A stretch of DNA of 64,000 bases, taken from positions 21,266,001 through 21,330,000 of the forward strand of contig CM060732.1 in NCBI GenBank assembly GCA_030704615.1, written 5' to 3'. The notes beneath the pieces are model-generated. The model saw only the letters and a list, made by a program, of their open reading frames with translations, searched no databases and was not told the origin of the DNA. A program made the position numbers and the translations under genes. The stretch is from Takakia lepidozioides (taxonomy: Eukaryota; Plantae; Bryophyta). This document shows positions 25,301 through 37,135 of the stretch, one piece after another (position 1 is the stretch's first letter; every line of letters begins with the position of its first letter).

Positions 25301-27245
25301 AACTTCCCAATCATATTAGTCGTTTTATTCATCCAAAAAAAGATCAATCCACTCCAACATTATAGTTATCGCTTTTTGACCATTAAAATAATTATCCACA
25401 TTGTTTTACCAACAATAAAAATATCAATTTATCCTTCCCCCAACCCTTTTCACAAAATATCTTTCCCGTATAATAAAATCGACATAGACTTATGGAAAAG
25501 TCATCATTATATATAACAAAACTTCCATCATTTATGATTTTATAAATCTTATTGCTTAAACCATTCAGATGTAATAAAAAATTATAAATTTATGTTTTAT
25601 CTATGTAAAAGGCAGGGCCTAAGTGTATGTCACGCCTTGTTTCTTTATTTATTTTAAAGCAACATATCCGCCAGGCTTCACACTTCTGTTTTCTTAGTTT
25701 TTTTTTTTTATGAATCAAAACCGTCGGCTTGGATGGTCCTAGCATTTTATTTTAATTGTTGGGTGATGTTTTTAAGAATTCGGGAAGGTCATAGATGGCG
25801 AATCTGATTATTTTTGAAATATAGGATTTCAGGACCACTAGGGATGGCGGTCCCGATTTTTTGTAAAATATTTTTGTTTGAAATCTTTCAATATGTTGGA
25901 ACTGCCAGAAATTACGGTCCCGATTTGTTTCTAAAATTTTCATAAAAATCTAGCCTCTAGGACAGCCACGGTTGTCTCTCTGGGATTGTTTTTAAAAAAT
26001 ATATATATTTCGTAAAGAAATACAGGACCACCAGCGGTACTAAGTTTTTCATATATATATATATACATATATTATGGGTATTCCTATAAAACATTGAGAC
26101 CGCCAAAAACAACATCAAGTTGATGTAGTTCTGGGCCCGTTTTGTTTTCTGGGCAATCAACAATGGGGAGAGATAAGAGGCTCCCTGGCAGATGACATTC
26201 CAACTACAATTGACAGTGCGACGTGGAAGGACACGACACAGGGCACGACACAAGGTCCTCTAACACAAACCGTCCATGCTCCCAGATATTCGCCACATGA
26301 CTAAAACCCGTTGTTTCCCATGAAGCCCACTTCCTGGACATATTGATAAGTGGTGCATAGTCAAGATTGAAGTTCCCAAAAAGAGGCTGCATGATGGCCT
26401 CAGCGAACATGGTGGCCCTGCGCTGGAAGAGAAAATGCCTAAGCTGAAGCCATGCACTCCAAATTGCATTCCAAGCTAGAGAGCCCACCTGATGGGTATG
26501 TTTGGTGCCATGAACCCCATGGTCTTTGCCTATTTGGTTGGGTTGTATTCAAGGTATGCCCTTTCACGTGTTGCTGACAATTTCCTATTCTTCATATGGC
26601 ATTCATGGCCTTGGTTTTTTATCCTCACCTTTGGGGAATCCATCTTATATGCTTTCTTTGAGGACAGCTAGGAGACATGAATTGTTCCCTACAAGGGTTG
26701 TGGATTCTGAGCGCTAATCCTCTCCCTCCCCCAGGGATGGAGGCCTAGTGGGCCACCCATTCTCCTAGCTGGCCTGACCATGTTAGAATGTGTATTTATT
26801 CTACCCTCGACAACTCTCCCATATTTGTAGGATTAGATCAGGTCTGGTTACCTACCCACGACGGTGCTTAATTGCACATTGACGGTGATCCTTATCTCTT
26901 ACTATGAATAGTGACTAGAAGCCCAGCCTCTCCACATGACTCTCATTGTATATAGCCTTCTCATGCTTTCTGTTATATTCATTCTTTTCACTCTTGAGCA
27001 TACTGTTCTTTAGCACGTTGTTTCTTCTCACCGCCTGGTCATGTGTATGAATCTGTTGTTGCTGTGAGTGTCTACAGTAGCTTTAGATGTTCATGTTTTC
27101 CAACATGGTATCAGACCAACTAAAGTTAACGAGTGTGAACAGACGACAAGTAGCGTAGAACTAGATAGAAGCCGTTGCTCCTAGTGCACCGTAGATCAAC
27201 ATTGCATTATAGCATTAGACCAACGGTTCTCTCCAAGCTACGACT

Positions 27246-30200
27246 ATGGAACCCGTCGGCTCTACCCCACGGCTCATGGATAGATTTGGCGGTGAAGACT
27301 TTGCTCTTTGGAAATACAAGATGCAGCACATGTTGGTGCATCAAGAATTATGGAGCATCGTAACAGGGGAAGAAAAGCAACCTGTGGAGACAACTTCGAA
27401 GGGAGTTGGAAAGCAACCTGTAACTGACGGAAGTTCGAAGACAGATGAGGTGAGCAAATGGAAAGAGATGGATGGGAAGGCTCATTCCATCCTTGTTTGG
27501 CATCTCCAAGACTCTGTCATTCGACGCATCAAGACTTCAAAGACGGCATCTGAGGCTTGGAAGAAGCTAGAGGAGTTGTACGAAAAAAAATCTGTACTTG
27601 AGCAATTGATATTGCTTAGAAATGTGCTAACTTCCAGATTGCAAGAAGGGGGAAACCTTTATGATCACGTCAACAAGTTGAAAGATGCCATCGATCAGTT
27701 GGAGGCTGCAGAATGTAAGTCAGCCAAACGCTTCAACCTACTCATTCTTTTGAACAGTTTGCCAGTGTCATACGATAACGTGGTAGTATTCATTGGCAAC
27801 AACAAAAACATAAAGTGGGATGAAGCCGTGAGCATTCTTCTCCAAGAAGACACTCGTCAACGACAACTTGGATTGCACGGTGAAGAGACCACTGCATTAG
27901 TGGCCAGATATACCAAGAACCAAGCTGTTGGTAAGAAAAGTGTCCAGAATGCCAAGGCAAAAGATGGTAAGAATCCTGATCAGAAGAAAGTTGTCATCTT
28001 GATTGTTGGACTCAGGAGCCACACACCATATGACATCTAGATCAGATTGGTTTGTGGAATTCCAAGAAGCCTATGTTCCAAGGAGAGTGAAAGTGGCCAA
28101 TGCCACTTATAGTGAAATTACAGGTCAGGGAACCATACTTACACAGCTTCCTAATGGCACGACCAATGAGCTAAAAGGTGTACTTTGTGTTCCAAGTCTA
28201 GAGAACAACCTCCTGGCAGTAAGTAAATTGGCAGATGAAGGTATGAATATTTTATTCAAGGAAAAAGGTTGTGAACTCTATGATGACGACTTGAATTTGA
28301 TGGCCAAAGGAGATAGAGTTGGGGATCTTTACTCATTGACACTAGTGCAACAGTATTGCGCAAAAGCATCCTTAAGTGGACAAGAAAATTCAGCAGAGAT
28401 ATGACATAAGAGTTTGGGGCATCTGAATTTTCAAACAATGCACTTGATGGAAAAAGCTCTAGCTGTCACATGGTTTAAGATTGAAGATGGATCACACCTA
28501 AAATTTTGCGAAGGGTGTTTGCTTGGTAAGCAATATAAGGCACCCATTCCTAAGACCACAAGCAGCAGGGCTGCCCATATGCTTGAGTTGGTCCACACTG
28601 ACGTGGTTGGACCGATGAGAGTTCCTTCACTTGGAGGGCAGAAGCATGCTACAGTGGCTCACTTTTGTCCAGTCTACTCTAATCTTACTCTTATTTTTCA
28701 TCTTCAAAACACAACAGCTTTGTTTGGAAACCAATTTTTGGGTGATCTCAAATTGAGTTGACAACAAAAATAAATTGCAACACCTAATTTAAAGTTCCTA
28801 TGAAAAAAGATATAAATGAAAGTAGACTAGTTTAGACTGGACAAAATTTTCGCAAAGTGAGCCACTGTAGCATGCTCTTGCCCTGGAGGAGCCAAGTATT
28901 TTGTGGCATTTACTGATGATTTCTCTAGGAGGGTGGTTGTCTATTGCTTGAAAAAAATCAGGCGTCCTTGATGCATTCAAGACCTTTCAAAGATTGCAGA
29001 AATGCAAACAAATTTGAAGTTGGCGATCAGGAGCGACAACGGTGGAGAGTTTACTTCTCTCACTTTCAAGGAATATTGCAGTCAAAATGGCATCCAGAGG
29101 TACACTTCTGTTCCTTACAATGCCTTTCAAAACGGCCTGGCTGAGAGAATGAACATGACGCTGATGGAGAGTGTATGTAGCATGATTCATGACAGCAAGT
29201 TGATCAAGGCTTTGTGGGCTGTTCAAAGCGGTAACTTCCGCAACGTATATTCGGAATCGAGTGATCACCACGGCATCTCCAACCAAGACTCCTGAAGAGA
29301 TTTGGTCTGGTAAGAAGCAAAGTGTTGATCATTTTAGGGTTTTCGGATGTGAGGCTTACGCTCATGTTCCAAAAGAAAAAAGAACCAAATTGGAGCCTAA
29401 GAGCGTGAAGTGCATTTTTGTGGGCTATAGTGAAGAAGCGAAGGGATACAAAATGTTTAATCCAAGCACGAGGAAGGTGTTCCATAGTAGGGATGTGGTA
29501 TTTGATGAATTCAATACAATACAGGGACAGGAGCTGAAATCTCATGGTGACACAGAATTGTGGAATCTTTGGGATTTCTTTCATGTCAACCCTATTGAGT
29601 GTTTTACAAGGAGGGAACTTGAAGAGCAGGTTCAAGAAAATCAGATCCATGATGCTCCACACGATGAAGAGAGACTGCAAGAAGTAAATGTGTAGATTGA
29701 TCTTGACGACAAAGAGTTGACATGTGATAGCATTGCAGATCGTGATGATTTGAGAACAACAGTTGAGGAAGATTCACATGAAGAGGTCGAAGCAGTAGCC
29801 TCTCCATCTGGACAATCACCTTCAGCAGGAGCAAATGAACACCTCAGTTGTCTGGACAACGTCAAGGTAAGAACTCGAAAGCCTTCACTAAAAGTCCGAG
29901 AAACCCTAGGTCATCCGATGAATTTATCAGCAATTACCGTACCTAGAAATGTTGACGAAGCATTGGAAAGTGATGCTACCGGATGGACAACTGCTATGCA
30001 AGCAGAATATGACTCTTTCATGAAGAATGGAACTTGGATACTTGCTGATCTCCCGGCAGGTAGGAAGGCAATAGGCTGCAAGTGGGTCTTTGCTATCAAG
30101 TACAAAGATAATGGGACGGTCGATAGACTGAAGGTCAGGTTGACAACCAAGGGATATTCACAACAGGAGGGAGTGGATTACTTCGATACTTTCTCACTGG

Positions 30201-31539
30201 TTGTGAAAATGGCGTCAGTAAGAACGTTGTTGGCTCTTGCAGCAGAACAAGATCTGGAGATACACCAAATGGACGTTAAAACAACATTCCTAAATGGTGA
30301 TTTGAAAGAAGAGATTTGAAAAAAGAGATTTATATGCAACAGCCCGAAGGTTTTGTTGTTGAAGGAGCCGAAGGAAAAGTATGCAAGCTCAAGAAATCTC
30401 TGTATGGATTGAAGTAATCCTCACGAGCTTGGTGCCAACGAATCGATCGATATTTGTTGGCTCAAGGGTTTCGGAGTGGAAAAGTGGATTCAAACGTTTA
30501 TGTGAAGCGAGCAGTAGAGTTGTTCGTCATCCTTGCTTTGTATGTTGACGATGCAATATTGATAAGCAACAATCTAACCTTTCTTAATGAGGTGAAGAAG
30601 GAGCTCGCAACAGAATTTGAGATGGTAGATTATGGGGATATCAACTACTGTCTTGGAATCCACATCATCCAAAACAGGGAGAAAATGACAGTCCATATCA
30701 GTCAGAAACGCTACTTGGAGAATGTGCTGCAGGAATTCAAGATGGAGGATTGTAAGCCTGTAGCCATACCCATGGAAGCAAACTCGAAGTTGTCCATTGA
30801 TATGTGTCCAACTTCAGCAAAAAAGCAGGAGCAGATGAAGGGAATACCATATCGACAGGCCATAGGTTGCCTTATGTATGCAGCGATTCTCACAAGACCT
30901 GATCTTGCCTTTGTTGTAGGTCTGTTAAGTCGCTTTATGGAAAATCCAGGTTACCTCCATTGGGCTGCGGTCAAGCGTGTGTTCAAGTATATCAAAGGCA
31001 CTATTGATTTTGGTATTACATTAGCCACAAGTGAGACATGTAGCAAATGTGGGATTTTGCAAGGATATTGCGATTCGGACTATGCAGGGGATGTGGATGC
31101 AAGGAAGTCCACATCTGGTTACTGTTTTACCTTGAATGGCGGGGTTATTTCCTGGCACAACAAGAAACAAACAGCCACGGCCCTATCAAGCACAGAGGCT
31201 GAGTACATGGCTGCCACAGAAGCTGCCAAGGAGGCCATTTGGTTGAGGAGATTACTCCATGACATTGGAATGAAGCAAATTGATCCTCCCAACCTCAAAT
31301 GTGACAACCAAAGTTGCATTGCACTGGCTAAGTTTCCCAAGTTTCACGGAAGATCCAAGCACATAGCAACTCAGTTTCACTTCATTCGAGAGAAAGTGGA
31401 GGAGGAAGAAATTTTGTTGGAATACTGTCCAACTAAATTGCAGGCTGCAGATATTTTTGCCAAGCCGCTGCCAAGGGCAAGCTTTGAACTTCACAGGGAA
31501 AAGCTACAAATAAGGCCTTTAAGTCGGGTTCAAAACTGA
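27246..31539 (+). pseudogene. Copia-1 gag-pol, degraded
   Basis: F.G.DFALWK (gag); LDSGATHHM (protease); HTDVVGPM, SDNGGEF, QNGLAER (integrase); GCKWVF, HQMDVKT, LYVDDA (RT); YCDSDYAGD, SSTEAEY, ADIFAKPL (RNase H). Confidence 0.94.
28636..28883. mobile_element. MITE (248 bp) inserted in Copia-1 integrase
   Basis: TIRs GGGCA(GA/AG)AGCATGCTACAGTGGCTCACTTT...TGTCCAGTCTA. Removing the insert plus one TGGA copy restores CCTTCACTTGGAGGAGCCAAGTAT (PSLGGAKY). Confidence 0.9.
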
Positions 31540-34500
31540 GCAGGAGTGTTAGAATGTGCATTTATTCTACCCTCGACAACTTTCCCATATTTGTAGGATT
31601 AGATCAGGTTTGGTTACCTACCCACGACGGTGCTTAATTGCACATTGACGGTGATCCTTATCTCTTACTATGAATAGTGACTAGAAGCCCAGCCTCTCCA
31701 CATGACTCTCATTGTATATAGCCTTCTCATGCTTTCCGTTATATTCATTCTTTTCACTCTTGAGCATACTGTTCTTTAGCACGTTGTTTCTTCTCACCGC
31801 CTGGTCATGTGTATGAATCTGTTGTTGCTGTGAGTGTCTACAGTAGCTTTAGATGTTCATGTTTTCCAACAGACCAATGAGAGTGGGCTTGGATGAACTC
31901 TTCCAAGTCTCATTTTCTTGGGTATACTGCCAAGCTTGGCTACAAATTGCTGCTAGGTTTAGCAAACTTCACTCTCAAATGGTCAAAGAAGTGGCAACAT
32001 ATTCCTAATGCCAGGATTCAATGGAAACACATTTGGAAGGACATTTGGCGCAAGGACACGGCCTCTAAGATTTCAGCCTTCTTTTGGAAAATTGCCAATA
32101 GAATTATGCCTGTGCAGCCCACATTTTTTATGACAATCCTGCTTGTATCATGTGCTCTGGAAGCTTTGTGGAATCAATTGAGCACTGCCTTATCAGCTGT
32201 CCCCAGGTCTGGAGATTGGTGTCTGCATTCTATTCCAAGTGGATGCTAGTGGGCTCTTTGTCCCCTCTGCTTCTGCTCCTTAATTGGGCTCAAGGCCATC
32301 TCTGGAACTCTTGCTCAGTGTGGTCTTGCCTCCATGTTCATACGTTGTGGTCTCTGTGGAAGTCCAGATGCTCGTTTAAATATGAGGGGCGTTGCCCCAT
32401 CATCATATCATTATTGCATAAGATTTTTGCAAATCTGATGACTGAGGGGTTTAAGGTATGGGGGTCAATATTGCTTGCAGCATGTGACAGGTGCGACGAA
32501 GGGAGGCGGTAATAGCTTATCTTTTTTTGACCTCTCCTGGGGCAAGGATCACATCCTCTGCATCAGCATATCTGCCACGACCATTACCTGGCATTACGTC
32601 CTCCCCGATCAATGGCAAATCCCCGATTGATCCTGAAGATGCGGAGGTGAATTGGAGGCATCGCAAGCTTAGGATCCCCAGGGTTAAGGCGCTGCTGGTT
32701 TTTCATTTTTTATGCACGATAGTTAGATGGAGTCTTTAGCAGCTCCTTGTGGCTCTGCTTGCCTTGCACGCTTAGGTTCATTAGCTTTTGAACTCTGTTT
32801 CTTGAGATCCCATTGTGGACAAGCTTTTCTTGCTCCTGACTAGCTTAGATTCTTTTGGGGGCCTCTTGGCTCTTCGTGGCAGTTTTTCTGCTCGCTAGTT
32901 TTTTGGACCTAGCCTTGTTTGGCAGGAGTTTTCTCATCGTTCTGGCTCTGATAGATTCCCTTATAGGCGCAATGTCGCCCGCCTTCTCTATGCCCCTTCT
33001 CACTTATTCCCTGTTTGTTAGTCACCGAGTAGTTCCCCTTGTGTTTATGCCTTCACGGCCCCAGAGGTTATTTTTTCCTCTTGTATTTGCAATGTTTTTT
33101 TTTTTTAGAACAGGGGGTAGAGGCCCTGGACAAGTTTATTGAAAATAGGGGAAAACAAGAGAACGGAGGAAAAAATAACCTCCAGGGATGCCATAAAGGC
33201 GTATCACATGGGGAACACCCAACACTGATAGGAACGGGGGTGAACAGTAGCCGGATCGTGGCTAAACTATGGTGCCTTAGTGATGATGATGAAAGAGCCC
33301 AAGTCTTGAGATGAGCCAAAAGAAGAAGCTCCAGGATGATGAAGGAGCCCCAAGTCTTGAAAGGAACCAAAAGAAGGGACAGAGGGCTGTAGTATGCTAC
33401 CAATCCTAGGGGAAGGGTAACAGTATAACAAGTCCTGAAAACAAAGAGACTATCAACGACCGAAATCTAGATGCACTTTAGATTTAGAACTGTGGGTCTT
33501 GCTGTGCTTCCAGTTGATGTCTAGTGCATCCGACTCAGCCGGTGACTTGCCAAGAGACAGGGAGGTGGTCGTGCCATGTAATTCGAGAGTCATCGATTAT
33601 GGAGCAGAGGATGTCGTCTTTGGCCCAGGTGGTGTCGAAATCCGCAAGCAGCTGCCGGCTCCTGCCTTCACTGCACCTGCTGATGGCTGTTTGCAAGGAC
33701 ACCCAAGCCTTATGCCCCTCAGTCATTAGATCCGAATACAGTTTGCAGAGTATCAGTCTGATGCTGGGGCGTTTTCCCTCAAAGATCAAAACAATATGGC
33801 CTTCCATATTGCCCATAGCGTGTGTGCTCTAAGACAGGCCCAAATCGGGCATCCGTTCCAAGGAGCGCTTCTATGTAAATTAAGCAACAGGAGAGGAGCT
33901 GATAGGGGTGGGAGGGCCTGCCAATGGGAATAGAAGCCTGCCACTATAGTCCAAATCCTAGCAAGAAGGTGGCAGGTGAGCAAAACATGCTCCAAAGTTT
34001 CATTGTAACCACAGTTGCACATCAGGCAGGCAGGGTTGTGGCCCTGAAGGTTGGCTGCCACAGGGAGGATTTTATTGGCTATCTTCCATAAGAAAGCGCT
34101 GATTTTGGTAGAACGGTGCTTTGCCCAAATATCCTTCCAGATTTGCTTCCATCCCTTTTCCTGCAGGCTGAGGTTCCATTTTCCATTCCACTTAGCCGTG
34201 AAATTAGCGTTGCCCAGCAACAGTTTATAGCCAATCTTGACTTTGTACCCGAGGAGAGGTGTTTTCTTGACGTCCATCCAGGTCCATTCTCCCGGGTCAA
34301 GTTGAAGTCTGCTAAGGGGATAACGCAAGCCATGTTAAGGGTGTCCTTTCGGCCCAGCAAAACTCTCCTCCAGGGGGTGGCTTGGGATCTGGTATCCCAG
34401 TCAGAGTTTCAAAAACTCTAATTCTAAAGGCGGATTCCTGGCACATGTGCCCTTGCCTGATATGCAGTAGGGTCCCTTCAGAGTCGGCTAGAAATCTTGG

Positions 34501-36089
34501 GCCTTCCCAGTGCAATGCAGAGCTGGAGATAGCTAGCAAGGCAAAGAATCTGTCGCCTTCATAGTTCCCGAATCAGCAGGGGAGGCTGTTTTGCGAGTTG
34601 TCCCCCCCGGTCAGTAAAGGCAGAACGTATGACACTCCTTGCTTAATGTGCTCCCATCCGTGTCTGATATAACTCGCGGAAATGAGCGTGGACAGGATGT
34701 TGGGAAGCAGAAAGCCTCCATTTTTGATATCGGCTATGTGTGAGAGTCCTTTGGATTCCCAAGTAGCCCATTTTTTGTGAAGAGAGATTAGGGGGGCATA
34801 GTCCAGATTGTTGTTTCCGAACAATGGCTGGCGAATTGCCTCCTCAAAGCAAAGCACCCTTCTTTATTTTGCTGAACCATGGGTCAACCACCTCAGAGAA
34901 GGGGCCCAAAAGGGGGAGGTAAGAGGAGTAGAATCCACCAAGTGGGCTCTCACCAAGTTGCACCAGGGACTGTCACCATGAACAAGAGCTCTTGGTATCC
35001 ATTTGACAAGGAGGGCTTTAATCTGTAGGGAGGGATCAATGATGCCTAACCCTCCTTTTTTTTTGGGCCTACATAGCTACGCCTAGGAGACTAGAGCCCT
35101 CTTAGTTGGTGCTTGAGAGGAGGCACCCCAGAGAAAATTACGCATCAGAGTTTTGATTTTACTAACCAGCTTACAGCCCTGGGACCAAATAGAGGTGGAG
35201 AACCAAATGCAAGCCAGCAAGATTTGATTGAGAACTATAGCTTTGCCAGCCAGGGAGAGCATGGCTGAACTCCCAAAGGCCTAATTTTTACGCAGCTTTT
35301 GTAGAATTGGTTCATACCTTTGATCCTCGGTGAGCCCGATTCCAACTTGGAAACCCAGGAGAGTATGCCCCTTGCCTGGCTGGAGCCACTTGAGACCTAA
35401 CTCTTGTCCCCAAGGCGCTCCATGGTGTCTTGTGGCACTGGGGGGAAGCTCCGTAAGGAGACCCACCGATTTATTCCAATTCACCTTCAATCCAGAAGCA
35501 GAGCAGAATACCTGGAGAGCCTCAACTGCTCTGCTACTATTGGAGGCATCCTCGTTACTCAGCAAGAGGGTAGTGTCGTCTGCATACATAGACAGCTTAA
35601 TAGGCGGGCCCTACAGTAGATTCATGCCTACAATATCTTGCCTAGCAGTTAGGTAGTGCCCAAGCGCATCTGCTGCTATCAAAAAGAGGTATGGGGCCAA
35701 TGGGCAACCCTGCCTGACGGATCTGTGAAGAGGGAAGGATTTAGATATGGTGCCATCGTTACTTTGCTAGAGGCAGATGTAAGGAACAACTTCACCCATC
35801 TAGAAAAGGAGGCTGGCAGGCCCATCTTTTCCATGACTCTATGTAGGTATAGTAAATAACAAAAAAAAAAAATTATTAGACAGTCACTAGAAGAAAAAAC
35901 GGCTTTTTCCACGGTTTTTTTCACACTTTTTTCCGTGGAATCCGCCCCAGTCCACACCTGCCGTGGGTGTAAGAAACGACGAGTGCTTTTGGACACCCCG
36001 TGGACGGCCTGGCTCTCGGGTGGCCCTGTGGAAAAGTCCACCGGTGGCTGAATCCACGGGTGGCCTTTTTCACGGGGTCCATGGCTTTT

Positions 36090-36550
36090 TCCACGAGCGA
36101 CGTGTGCTTTGGCGAACACCGCCACGTGGATCGTAGATGTACAAAGGTGTGGACTTGTCCACACCTACGGGAAAACCATGCGACTGCCTGTCACCAGGGT
36201 TTCACGACATCTGGGCAACGGTGTGTGCAACACGTGTATTTTTGTGGGGATGACACGTGTATGGAGACAAAGAGGCGATGTGCACTTATGTGGAGCGGAC
36301 ATCTGGCGTGGCATGTGGGTGTGAAAAAAGCCATTCGGTGTGAGACCATCCACTGGCTGTTTTCACAGCTTTAGCAAGTTTGGGGGCCACGTGTTCCGTG
36401 GCAAACACCGCCACGTGGATCCTAAACGTACAAAGGGTGTGGACTTGTCCACACCTACGGGAAAATGATGCGACACCCTGTTACCTGGGCTTGACAACAT
36501 GTGGGCAACGGTATGGGCAACGCGTGTATTTTGGAGAGGACGGCACGTGG
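36090..36550. repeat. Duplicated subterminal unit of CACTA B (~150-170 bp) with palindrome
   Basis: Two copies (~36100-36245 and ~36390-36535) of AACACCGCCACGTGGATC..GGTGTGGACTTGTCCACACCTACGGGAAAA. Confidence 0.85.
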
Positions 36551-37135
36551 CGTAATCTGCATGGAGTGGGTGTGTAGTATTTTACTGCCTATACTGTAGG
36601 TCATTCCACATAGCCACAAGAGCATACCATAGTGGGTCTGAAATATTCTACTGCTGATGTTGTAGGTCATTCCACAAAAATGTGGAAGATGCCACAGGCA
36701 AGCTATGGTGATTTCACATATTTGTGACGTCATGGTGTGCACAATTATTCCATAGGCATCATGATCATATCACAAATTGTGATACTGTCCACACTGTCAG
36801 TTTCACAGTCCATGTGAAATATGACTCATATACATAAACACAATTCCAAAGCACTGCGGCAACAACCTGCTCATGACATGTACAATTGACTAAGCATGGC
36901 CAGAATAACAGAAAGAATGACCAGATGCAAGGGTGCTTCAAAGTTGGGTGCGCCCTTCATTGCCCAAATAAAGTTTAGTCTGAACATGCAAGTATTGCAG
37001 AGTCTGCACTGCTGATCACAACCCCACAATGTACCCAAATCCTACATTGATGCGCACAATAACGAAAAAAAGGTGAAATCGATATGAAGTGGCGTTCAGT
37101 CAAAATTGCCTTCAAATTGAGGATCCCCCACAACC

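Larger units (their letters stand above)
26781..31871 (+). mobile_element. Copia-1 full-length Ty1/copia LTR retrotransposon
   Basis: 325-bp LTRs at 26781-27105 and 31547-31871 (TG...CA; about 4 C/T differences seen by eye); TSD GACCA; PBS TGGTATCAGACC at 27106. Confidence 0.97.

Noticed and set aside
25690-26100. Possible small non-autonomous element with GGTCCCGATTT repeats
   Set aside because: No convincing TIR or TSD pair could be defined.
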